Both the position numbers and the translations under genes were made by a program. Source: an uncultured delta proteobacterium (GTDB lineage: Bacteria > Desulfobacterota > Binatia > UBA9968). Taken from it: 64,000 nt of DNA. Below the pieces are notes generated by a model. The model was given only the letters and a program-made list of their open reading frames with translations. It was not told the origin of the DNA and ran no database searches. This document shows positions 1 through 9,112 of the stretch, piece by piece (position 1 is the stretch's first letter; each line of letters begins with the position of its first letter). The DNA lies in the NCBI GenBank assembly GCA_963728565.1, contig CAVSLC010000005.1, forward strand, positions 224,001 to 288,000, in the 5' to 3' direction.

Positions 1-564
1 CTTTCGATCGCATCCGAGGATCAGCTCCGTCAGATACTGAAGTATATGCTGGACGAACGCGAGTTCCTTTCGCCCTACGGAATCCGAGCGCTCTCCCAAT
101 ATCATCGCGACCATCCTTACAATTTATCGGTGAACGGGACAAACCACCGGGTAGAATACGAGCCGGCGGAATCGAGCACCGGACTATTCGGCGGGAATTC
201 TAACTGGCGCGGACCGATCTGGTTTCCGGTAAATTTTCTTTTAATCGAGTCGCTGCAGAAGTTTCACTATTATCTTGGAGACGATTTTAGGGTCGAATGC
301 CCTACCGGCTCCGGCAAAATGATGACGCTCTGGGAAGTTGCCGGCGATATTTCGCAGCGACTCATGCGAATCTTGTTGCAGGATGCGGATCAGAAGAGAC
401 CGGTTTTTGGCGGCACGGAAAAATTCCAGAACGATCCGCACTGGCGCGATCTGATCCCATTCCACGAATACTTCCACGGCGACAACGGCGCTGGAATCGG
501 TGCGAGCCACCAAACTGGTTGGACCGGCCTGATAGCGAAATTAATCCAACAATACTCCGCGTAA
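1..564 (+). CDS. MGH1-like/GH63 family glycoside hydrolase, C-terminal part (5' end outside window)
   Basis: Frame is open from base 1; motifs [25 protein letters not shown] and [21 protein letters not shown] are typical of this family's C-terminus. Confidence 0.88.
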   Translation, partial: LSIASEDQLRQILKYMLDEREFLSPYGIRALSQYHRDHPYNLSVNGTNHRVEYEPAESSTGLFGGNSNWRGPIWFPVNFLLIESLQKFHYYLGDDFRVECPTGSGKMMTLWEVAGDISQRLMRILLQDADQKRPVFGGTEKFQNDPHWRDLIPFHEYFHGDNGAGIGASHQTGWTGLIAKLIQQYSA

Positions 565-594
565 GCTCAACTCTTACGCGGAGAAATCATTGAT

Positions 595-1110
595 ATGCTC
601 TCCGGATATCATCCGAACAGCGCACCTCTGGGAGAGATGAGCGCTTCTATCGCGCATGAAGTCAATCAACCGTTCACTGCCGCCGTCACTGGTGCTAGCG
701 CCTGTTTGTGTTGGCTTGATGCGCAGAAGCCGGAGGAAGCTCGACGGTCCGCCTCGCGGGTGATTGCAGAAGTTCATCGGGCCGGCGAAATCATTGGCCG
801 TCTATGCTCGTTGACCAAGAAAGCGCCGCCGCAAAAGGACTGGCTCGACTTTAACCGAGACGATACATGAAGTCATTGCGTTTGCGCGCAGCGAGATCCA
901 ACCAAACGGTGCAGGGTTAGAGACCGAACTCTCGGACTTGTACCGGTCATTCGGGCGGACCGCATTGAATGCAGCAAGTGATTCCGAATCTGATGATGAA
1001 TGCCATCGAGGCGATGAGCGGACTTAGCGCGGCTCCACGAGAGTTGTTGGTTCGATCCGGCACTGATGAATCGACGGACGTAGTGATCTCAGTGCAGGAC
1101 TCGGGTTCAT
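595..1110 (+). pseudogene. Fragment of a sensor histidine kinase (HisKA + partial HATPase_c), frameshifted and truncated
   Basis: H-box LGEMSASIAHEVNQP (ORF 595-870); N-box QQVIPNLMMNAIEAM and G1-box VQDSG in another frame (ORF 969-1205); no sensor domain, F or G2 box. Confidence 0.8.
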
Positions 1111-1251
1111 GGGTGCGAAACTCGTGGGGGCAAGCCGAGATCAGATGCTCGCCATGGGCTAGGAGTCTAAGACGAACTCTCCTACGGAGCGGGACAGCCG
1201 AGTAGAACCCTCAACAGGATCAGCCCAGCAAGTTAGATCATACTAGCAAAT

Positions 1252-1284
1252 CGGGTGCTCTTTGGAGACGCACAGCACCCGTTT
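1252..1284 (+). terminator. Hairpin, possible intrinsic terminator
   Basis: Perfect 8-bp stem CGGGTGCT (1252-1259) / AGCACCCG (1274-1281) followed by TTT. Confidence 0.35.
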
Positions 1285-1418
1285 AGAAGATCGCTAAGCA
1301 AGCATCGACTAATGGGATTATCACTGCTCATCAGACGACATCGAAAAAGTTCACAGCGTTTTAACAGCACTCTTGAATCCCTCCAGCAAACCCGCTAAGT
1401 AATTGTTTTCACGCGTAT

Positions 1419-1491
<73 letters not shown>

Positions 1492-2169
1492 CCTCTAACA
1501 CTCACCACCGTTATATAACTCCTAATCATTCTTGCAGCGGACGAAATGTTTTTTCCAAATTCGTTTTTTTAAGTCCCGCCAGCGGCAAGTGACGGTGCTC
1601 ATGATCGTCCTAAGAAGAGTGCTCCATCAATTGTTGGATCCGAGGCACGGCCGAGTTGGACTGTCGTTAGCCTCGCGCTAAATAGGCACGTACATATCGC
1701 CGGAGCGCAGCAGAATACCGGCAGCTATGCTCGCGAGAGAAATAGCAGTAGATAATTTGCCAGATGTTGCGAAGCCAGGAGGAGTAATTGTAGTTGGAGG
1801 CGTAAGGGCGCCACGAACCCTGACCTCTCAGACAAGGAAATGCTATCATGCGAGTTGCAAAAACATGTTGACAGTATTGACGGTTGTAGCGTTAGGCCTT
1901 CGTCATTTATCTATCGCACTACCTTCGTAACTCTAATCCTTTAGCAGTGAAAGCACAGTGCTGCAGCAGCGATCTGATAATCGATGCTATAATCAACAGC
2001 AATGACCCGCTTGTTGGATGACTATTCAGACACGTAAAACGGATGATATTTCATTCAGAAAACAAAACTTTAAAACTAAATATTTTACGATCGATCGGGT
2101 AAAAATAAATTCGACCATAGCCGTTCCATAGGTAATTACCACACGTGTTAGATTACGGCTGACCGATTA

Positions 2170-2185
2170 TGGCATAACCATTGCT
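2170..2185 (+). promoter_or_regulatory. Putative sigma-54 (-24/-12) promoter
   Basis: TGGCATAACCATTGCT has exact GG-N10-GC spacing, close to TGGCACG-N4-TTGCW, ~170 bp upstream of the 2353 ORF with an AT-rich tract upstream. Confidence 0.5.
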
Positions 2186-2352
2186 CCCGTCTTGCGAAAT
2201 CGATCAGGTAGTCAGTGCCTGCGCCGTTAAGCATCGGAGCCAATCTCACCTGTTTTAGACAGCGACGATCCTTTGAGACGTTTACGGACGACAGTGGGAT
2301 GCTGCGGATGCATCGGGTGCTTGGTGTCATCACTTAGACCCTGCCAACTATT

Positions 2353-3996
2353 ATGTTAAGGAGATCATTCGTGGGAAAATTAATCGTAACCTGCCTGGGC
2401 TCTCGTTTCGGACACTTCTGCGTTCTTATAACGCTTGCGGTTGCCGTTCAATGGGTGAGCGAGACGGTTTATGCCGCCGAGTCGACCTGCGCCTCCGGTC
2501 GGGAATCTTGCAATTCTCGGATTAATGAAGATGCGCTCTCCTCCGGTTCCGGACCTGGATTGCTGCGCGTGCATCCGTCGAATCCGCTCTATTTCACGAA
2601 CGGTTCCGATAAAGCGATTTATCTCGGCGGGCATCAAATATTCGTCGATTTGCAAGATAATACGTTTGGCAAGTACACGACTTACAGCGAGCAAACCCAA
2701 CTAGATTGGTCGTGGTATCTTCAGTTTGCCAAAGCGCGAAGTCTGAACTATCTGCGAAATTGGACGTTGATGAGCACGGGCTGTGGAGTGCCCTCAGCAT
2801 GCGCGGTTGCTTACCCGATGCCGTATAAGCGGGTTTCGGGATTTGGCAGTGCGAACGATGGAGGGGACAAGTTCGATCTGAATCAGTTCGATGAGGAATT
2901 TTTTAATCGGCTACGCTCACGGGTCATAGATGCGGGCAGCCACGGCATGTACGTGAGCATCATGCTGTACGATGTTTACGCATTCTCGAATTTTTCTGCG
3001 CCTCTCGATCCGATGTGGGGGGGCAATGTCTTCAATGCTGCAAACAATATCAATGGCATCACGGCCGATATCAATGGCGATAGCTGGGGGGTGGAGTTCT
3101 TTACTGCCCCATCGTCTGAAATCCGCGCGTTACAAAAAAGTTATGTCATGAAAGTTATCGATGCCGTCAATGATCTGGATAATGTCATTTTCGAGATTGG
3201 GAACGAAGTGGGTGCACTGCAATGGCAGTACGAGATGATCAACTTCGTCAAGAGTTATGAGGCCTCAAAGGCCAAGCAACACCTAATTCTGATGAGCCCT
3301 GGCGGTTTGAGTGGTTTAGACGTTTATACGAGTGCCACGCAGCGTGAAGTCATCGGGAGCTCTGCGGATATCTTCGCTGCCTCAATCGTTTGGGCCGATT
3401 ATTTGGAGAATCCCCCGGCCAACAGTAACGGCAAGCCCGGTATTTTGGACAGAGATCACGTCCGGCCGACGCATACTCTGGCGCCCATGCTTGTCTGGAA
3501 AGCATTTGCCCGAGGGTATCACTACAGCCTGTATGACCAACCTTTCGAGGTCCATTCGTTGGAGAACGCTGCATGGGAGCTAGCGCGCATTAATATCGGC
3601 GCAGTCGTCACCTATGCCAACACCGTATTTTCTGATCTCTCTAAGATGCTCCCCAATGGCGATCTTAGCTCAACGCAGTATGCACTTGCCAATCCAGGGT
3701 CAGAATATTTGATAGTTCAGCCTGCAAACGGGGCTTTTACCGTAGAGATGGAGGCCGGGGCCTATAACTACGAATGGTTCGACCCGAACACGGCTGCAAC
3801 GGTGGACAGTGGCGTGGTCAGCTTAATAGCTGGCACCCACACTTTTACGCCACCGTTTAGCGGAAGCGCCGTGTTGTATCTGAAATCGCCATCGCGAACC
3901 GGTGCCGCTTCACTGAGCGGAGACGATTTCTCGATCCCGGAGATTGATGTACCAGAGGCATCTGCGACGTCGGCCAATGAAACCGCGGCGTCGTAA
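2353..3996 (+). CDS. Exported glycoside-hydrolase-like (beta/alpha)8 protein (DUF4038/DUF6298-like) with C-terminal putative collagen-binding-type beta domain
   Basis: Hydrophobic N-terminus ending VYA-AE; LRVHPSNPLYF, KFDLNQFDEEFFNRLR, NVIFEIGNE (clan GH-A-like NE), C-terminal YALANPGSEY...YEWFDP...FTPPF. Confidence 0.65.
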   Translation: MLRRSFVGKLIVTCLGSRFGHFCVLITLAVAVQWVSETVYAAESTCASGRESCNSRINEDALSSGSGPGLLRVHPSNPLYFTNGSDKAIYLGGHQIFVDLQDNTFGKYTTYSEQTQLDWSWYLQFAKARSLNYLRNWTLMSTGCGVPSACAVAYPMPYKRVSGFGSANDGGDKFDLNQFDEEFFNRLRSRVIDAGSHGMYVSIMLYDVYAFSNFSAPLDPMWGGNVFNAANNINGITADINGDSWGVEFFTAPSSEIRALQKSYVMKVIDAVNDLDNVIFEIGNEVGALQWQYEMINFVKSYEASKAKQHLILMSPGGLSGLDVYTSATQREVIGSSADIFAASIVWADYLENPPANSNGKPGILDRDHVRPTHTLAPMLVWKAFARGYHYSLYDQPFEVHSLENAAWELARINIGAVVTYANTVFSDLSKMLPNGDLSSTQYALANPGSEYLIVQPANGAFTVEMEAGAYNYEWFDPNTAATVDSGVVSLIAGTHTFTPPFSGSAVLYLKSPSRTGAASLSGDDFSIPEIDVPEASATSANETAAS

Positions 3997-4733
3997 AGAT
4001 CCGGAAAAACGAAAATCAGATCGTATCAGGTAAACACCCAGTTATAGAATTGCCGCTTCATATAGAACCCTGGCTGTGATGATCAATTGCGTCAGCATTT
4101 CTGTTGTAGGTCCGTATGCGACGAGCTAATCAGCGCAAGTGCTTATCATGTTGGTTGCCATGCTTCTTCTGATCCCGTAACGTTGCCGCTGGCTAACTTG
4201 ACAATAACCTTACGATTTTCCTGTTGCATCTCTCTGATGATGCTAGTTGACAATCTTTAGCTAGCTAGGCTCTTCAATTGAACTCTATTCAGGCCAAGGT
4301 CATATCATTTCGGCCTTAGTCTCCCCACGGCTGTCGATGTCAGCAGCCGCTCTTGTGCGCTGGCAAGGATTGTCACATCTCTTCGTGGCTTGCCTGAATT
4401 GTTAGTGCTCGCCGGGCATTTTGGAAGTTAGCGTTGAAATCCAGCTCCGGCTGCCATACGAGCTTGGGAGATAGCCAAGCAACCCACGCTTCTCGTAGTT
4501 CAGAGTGGTACATCTTGGCGGTGTGGTTTGACATCAAATTGATAAGAGTGGTTGAAAGTGGTTGAAGGGGCCCGACGGTGGGAAGTGTTGACTGCGTTCC
4601 GGGCTCAAGATTATTTCCACGGCTTCTGATCCAAACGCCGACGTAAAAAGGTTTCTGCATTGGCGGTCCAGTCCCCGTTTGGTTAAAATGCTCAGGCATT
4701 TGTCATGAGTAGTGCTCTAGAAAGGGGCTGCGG

Positions 4734-4880
4734 ATGGACCGACTCGAAAAGCTTTTTGACTATACGTTGCGGTATGCACTTGAACCCGGGTTGAACTGGG
4801 TTATAGCTCATCCCATCATCTCAGTGGTTGTCGTTTTCATCCTTGTTTACTGGTCAGTGAGGGGTTATCGGATGCTATAG
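4734..4880 (+). CDS. Small membrane protein, 48 aa (below the ORF-track cutoff)
   Basis: AAAGGGG RBS-like sequence then ATG; MDRLEKLFDYTLRYALEPGLNWVIAHPIISVVVVFILVYWSVRGYRML with one hydrophobic helix. Confidence 0.55.
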   Translation: MDRLEKLFDYTLRYALEPGLNWVIAHPIISVVVVFILVYWSVRGYRML

Positions 4881-4998
4881 ATTGCGTCCAGTGCGCTTGA
4901 GTTTTCACCGACTGATGATTTTGCTATAGCTTTCTTAATACTATGGGGTCAATTGAGACCAGAGAAAGAGACGGTGAGCCGGCAAAGGAGTGCGAATC

Positions 4999-5865
4999 AT
5001 GCCGCTAGTCTCGGCAATGGCTGCCAGTCATGCGCCAAATATTCTGTTAGAGCCCGGTGCCGAATGGGAAGACTTCATGGATTTGCACTACAGCATGGCG
5101 CCACAAGGGACAGCGTCAAGACCGACGCTAGAGCAACAGAAAAGACTCAGACGTGACGCCGAAGCTGCGTTCGCTGCTTTACGTACGGATCTCGAAGAAG
5201 CCAAGCCGGACGTTCTCATCGTCGTCGCTAATGATCAGTTCGTAAACTTTTTTTGGAACAACATTCCAACTTTCTTCGTGACGCTGGCCGACGAGGTGCA
5301 CGGCCGTTTTACCCGGCATAAGTTTCGCTATCGCAATCACAAGGAGCTTGGACAGGCCCTCGTCGCTGCGGGCATGGAGAAGGGAATCGATTTCTCGTTC
5401 GGCGAACATGTCGAGTTGCAGCATACGCAAAACGTGCCGCTTTATTTCCTTTTGCCAGAACCCACGATTCCAATTTTACCAGTCTATGTGAACACCTGGG
5501 TTGCTCCGGCGCCGACGCCGAAGCGTTGCTATCAGGTTGGTGAGCTGATCCGAGAAGTCGCTGTCAACTCATCGGAGCGCGTCGCGATTCTTGCTACGGG
5601 AGGCTTATCCCACTTCCCGGGCTCGCCGAGAATTGGTGAGATCGACACGCAGTTCGATCATAAGCTGTTGGAAATCATGCGCCAGGGAAAGGGACCGAGC
5701 TTGGCCGACTACTCGGTCGACGAATTGTTGAAAGCGGGAGACAGTGAATTTCTCAACTGGATGGTTGTCGTTGGCGCTGTCGGAAACGCGAAAGCCACTT
5801 ACACTTCTTACATGCCCGACTTTGTGGCCACCGGCTGGGGATTTGTGAGTTGGCGGCTTTCCTAA
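4999..5865 (+). CDS. Class III extradiol ring-cleavage dioxygenase, LigB-like catalytic subunit
   Basis: AAGGAG RBS before ATG 4999; ASHAP, KPDVLIVVAND, ATGGLSHFPG, GDSEFLNW motifs. Confidence 0.88.
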   Translation: MPLVSAMAASHAPNILLEPGAEWEDFMDLHYSMAPQGTASRPTLEQQKRLRRDAEAAFAALRTDLEEAKPDVLIVVANDQFVNFFWNNIPTFFVTLADEVHGRFTRHKFRYRNHKELGQALVAAGMEKGIDFSFGEHVELQHTQNVPLYFLLPEPTIPILPVYVNTWVAPAPTPKRCYQVGELIREVAVNSSERVAILATGGLSHFPGSPRIGEIDTQFDHKLLEIMRQGKGPSLADYSVDELLKAGDSEFLNWMVVVGAVGNAKATYTSYMPDFVATGWGFVSWRLS

Positions 5866-5899
5866 GCCTTGGTTTGTAAACGGCTGCGCTGGAGGTGCT

Positions 5900-6145
5900 G
5901 TGAGCTGTTATCATTTGAGCCGTCTGCTTTTTGATCTCAAAATGAACGAATCGTTCTATCAGCGCGCCTTGGCTGATTTCGAAGGAGTCATCGGCGAGTA
6001 TGAACTAACCGATGAGGAAAAGGAGGCGCTCCGAGCCGGTGATCCGCGCAAGTTACGGCAGTTAGGCGTCCATGGGATGCTGTGCCTGTATATCAAGCGG
6101 CTCAACCCTGAGTTCCGCGATAATATCTACTGGGCGCAGAAGTAG
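5900..6145 (+). CDS. LigA-like small subunit of aromatic ring-opening dioxygenase
   Basis: GGAGG RBS; YELTDEEKEALRAGDPRKLRQLGVH matches the LigA pattern; directly follows the LigB-like gene. Confidence 0.8.
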   Translation: MSCYHLSRLLFDLKMNESFYQRALADFEGVIGEYELTDEEKEALRAGDPRKLRQLGVHGMLCLYIKRLNPEFRDNIYWAQK

Positions 6146-6315
6146 AACAGGCCATCAGGTTTGTCATCCGAGTATTCTCGATTTGCAGCGACTTTCTTCC
6201 AATCTTCCTCGTCATCTCTCATCATCACCTAGCTTTCTGACGATTGTGTTCCCGTTTTGACCCGTTGGAACCGGTCTGGTAGTATCCGGGCACACGTCAA
6301 ACGAGGGGGAACAAA

Positions 6316-7107
6316 ATGGATCTTGGATTGAAGGGGAAAGTTGCGCTTGTTGCAGGCGCTAGCCAGGGAATGGGTAAAGCGACAGCCTTCGGGTTCGCTC
6401 GTGAGGGAGCGAACGTGAGTATCTGCGCGAGAGGTGAAGCAGCGCTGAACCAAGCCGCTGACATGATCCGCAAAGAAACTGGAGGCAAAGTGTTAGCGAT
6501 GACGGCCGACATGAGCAAAGCGGAAGACATCCAGAGATTTGTAGAAAAGAGCGCGGAGCACTTTGGGCGGATCGATATCATAGTGAATAATGCGGGCGGT
6601 CCTCCTCCCGGCGACTTCTTAAATTTTACCGACGAAGATTGGAACAACGCTTTCAACTTGAGTTTTATGAGCACGATGCGGATGACTCGTGAGGCGGTGC
6701 CTCATATGCGCAAGGTCGGAGCGGGCCGTGTCATCAATATCACTTCCTATTCTGTCAAAGAACCAATCGCCGGTTTGGTTCTCTCCAATGCGATCCGCAG
6801 CGGCGTCATCGGCATGGCAAAAACCCTCTCCCGGGAGTTGGGCAAGGATAATATTCTGATCAATAATATTTGCCCCGGCCGCATCGACACCGAACGCGCA
6901 CAGAAACTAAATAAGGCCCGCGCCGATCGTCTTAAACGGCCGGTTGAGGAAATCAATAAAGAAATGGCGGCGGAGGTGCCTCTGGGCCGCTATGGAACGG
7001 CTGATGAAACCGCCGATTTGATTGTTTTCTTGGGATCGGATCGAGCTAGCTATATTACCGGCACCACCATTCAGATCGATGGAGGTTTAGTAAGGGGGAT
7101 TCAATAA
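6316..7107 (+). CDS. Short-chain dehydrogenase/reductase (SDR)
   Basis: MDLGLKGKVALVAGASQGMG, VNNAGGPPPG, SNAIR variant of YxxxK, ITGTTIQIDGG. Confidence 0.92.
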   Translation: MDLGLKGKVALVAGASQGMGKATAFGFAREGANVSICARGEAALNQAADMIRKETGGKVLAMTADMSKAEDIQRFVEKSAEHFGRIDIIVNNAGGPPPGDFLNFTDEDWNNAFNLSFMSTMRMTREAVPHMRKVGAGRVINITSYSVKEPIAGLVLSNAIRSGVIGMAKTLSRELGKDNILINNICPGRIDTERAQKLNKARADRLKRPVEEINKEMAAEVPLGRYGTADETADLIVFLGSDRASYITGTTIQIDGGLVRGIQ

Positions 7108-7431
7108 ATGGTTCACTTCGTGATTCAATGGGATCTTCCGGATCAAAAGGCCAATCTGACTATATACGCCAACAAAGCCAAGAACGACTGGTTGCCGGCT
7201 ACGCTGTCACATCAAGGTGTGATCGAAATCCGCAATTACCGCAACCCGCTTGAGATAACCCCGCATGTCGCGATCACGATCGATTTCGAGAATATGGAGT
7301 GCTGGCGCGACTACATTGATTCACAGGATTACATTCGCATCATGCGCGAGCTCCGGATTCTGGGCTGTAATAACTTCACCGCCAATGTCTGGGCGCCCTC
7401 GAAGTATTTCGCTGAATCGATGAAGCCATAA
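7108..7431 (+). CDS. Hypothetical protein, probable dimeric alpha/beta-barrel (EthD/ABM/DUF1330-like)
   Basis: ATG abuts the SDR stop; 107 aa with IDFENMECWRDYIDSQDY resembling the F.S.E....+..S..Y barrel pattern. Confidence 0.55.
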   Translation: MVHFVIQWDLPDQKANLTIYANKAKNDWLPATLSHQGVIEIRNYRNPLEITPHVAITIDFENMECWRDYIDSQDYIRIMRELRILGCNNFTANVWAPSKYFAESMKP

Positions 7432-7647
7432 ACCACTGGGATGGCGCAATCGCTGTACCTCGTGCGAACGGCGCTTCCCGACATCGCGTTTATGTCGATG
7501 GGCGAGCCGGATCAGAGGTATACGGTGACCAGGTCCGGGCTCGCTGAAAATCAGAGGATTGCCCGGTATGAAGAAGGCTTCTTACCCATCATCAAACGAA
7601 ACCTCAGCTTGGGTGTGCAAAGAATCGTTCTAACTTTGCCGTGCTCT

Positions 7648-8304
7648 TCAACGTTTCACAGTCACACCGATTTGACTGCAATACTTCGCCACTGGACATT
7701 GACTGCATAGCGGTGAAATCGGCCGGCATAACTGCTGGCCAAAACTCACCAGAAGATCGTTGTACTCGATCCAATACTGTTTGGGCAGTTTTTGGCGTAG
7801 AGCTACCTCGGTCTTTTCCGGCGTAGCCGTCTTCACGTAGCCCCAGCGATTTGAAATTCGGTGCACGTGGGTATCGACACAGATGCCGGGTTTGTTGTAC
7901 CCCAGGGTGACTACCAGGTTGGCGGTCTTGCGGCCGACGCCTTTGAATTTGATCAATTCGTCGATCTCATCGGGAACTCTTCCGCGATAGTTTTCATTCA
8001 AGTTCCTGCAGATCTCCAAGATAGTTTTTGCTTTGGTGCGGTAAAACCCTACCGGGAAGATCACTTGCTCGATCCTCTTGGCGCTCAGTCGCACCATGGT
8101 CTCAGGCGAGTCTGCCAATGCAAAAAGCCGCCGTGAAGCCTGTGCGGTGGTGCTGTCCTGTGTGCGCAAGCTCAGAATGCAGGAGATGAGAACCTTGAAA
8201 GGACTATCCGATGCCTCGGCGATGAGCGTGACCACCGGCGTTTGCCATTTTGGCGCTTGCCGACGCAGAATCCGCAGGGCGGCGTGAATCTCACGATCTT
8301 TCAC
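7648..8304 (-). CDS. nth: Endonuclease III
   Basis: HhH motif GVGRKTANLV, ICVDTHVHRISNR, [4Fe-4S] motif C-X6-C-X2-C-X5-C. Confidence 0.95.
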   Translation of the reverse strand: MKDREIHAALRILRRQAPKWQTPVVTLIAEASDSPFKVLISCILSLRTQDSTTAQASRRLFALADSPETMVRLSAKRIEQVIFPVGFYRTKAKTILEICRNLNENYRGRVPDEIDELIKFKGVGRKTANLVVTLGYNKPGICVDTHVHRISNRWGYVKTATPEKTEVALRQKLPKQYWIEYNDLLVSFGQQLCRPISPLCSQCPVAKYCSQIGVTVKR

Positions 8305-8385
8305 TGAGTGGTTTTTGTTTTGCCGATTGGCTAAATTGAACCAGGTTCATATCACAAATCGCTGTCGGGTCAACATTTCTCAACC

Positions 8386-8958
8386 ATGGTTGTTCACAAG
8401 ATATCTCAAGCTCTCAAAATTCGTTCGCCGAAAACCATTTCAGGAAATCACTACAAACCAGCGGCGGTTTTGATCCCCATACAGGAACGGGAAGACGACG
8501 ATTATCTGGTCTTAACCAAGCGCGCCGAGCGGATGAGCCATCACAGCGGCCAAGTGGCATTTCCTGGCGGGCGGGTGGATCCCGACGATCGGAGCGAAGC
8601 GGAAGCGGCATTGCGCGAGAGCTATGAAGAGATCGGCATCCATCCCGATGAAGTGCGAATTCTGGGACAATTGGATCAAGCAGAGGCAGGCTATGGATTT
8701 CTTGTTACCCCGTTTGTCGGCGTGATACCTGCTTCTTGTGACTTCGTACTGAATCCGGCGGAGACCGCGGCGGTGTGCTCGGTGCCGATCTCAGCTTTAC
8801 TATCGCCGCCCAACTTTACCATTGACCAGTATCTTTCGCCTCGGGGCAATCCGAGCTATCACTTTCATGTGAACGGTTGGGATGTTTGGGGCGTCACCGC
8901 CAGAATCATCGTGCAGTTCCTGGAGCTTGTTTATGACTTCGAAGTTAAGAAACCCTGA
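8386..8958 (+). CDS. Nudix hydrolase, CoA pyrophosphatase (NudL/PCD1-like)
   Basis: AAVLIP, LTKRA..MSHHSGQVAFPGG, Nudix box AALRESYEEIG, VWGVTA. Confidence 0.9.
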   Translation: MVVHKISQALKIRSPKTISGNHYKPAAVLIPIQEREDDDYLVLTKRAERMSHHSGQVAFPGGRVDPDDRSEAEAALRESYEEIGIHPDEVRILGQLDQAEAGYGFLVTPFVGVIPASCDFVLNPAETAAVCSVPISALLSPPNFTIDQYLSPRGNPSYHFHVNGWDVWGVTARIIVQFLELVYDFEVKKP

Positions 8959-9112
8959 TCCCGTCTCCGACGGCGGTGTTTGGACCTATCCGCCAACATT
9001 TCCGGTAATCTCAGGGTCATGGCTTAGGGCGCTCTGTCGTCGGTATTTATCGTCACCGCTTTCACCCGCGTGTAATCAAGGATGATGATCAGCGAGGATT
9101 GTCGCTCGCCTG

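Noticed and set aside
1113-1290. GTGCG at the kinase breakpoint as a group II intron 5' end
   Set aside because: No domain V/VI-like sequence or reverse transcriptase ORF is visible nearby; a 5-mer alone is insufficient
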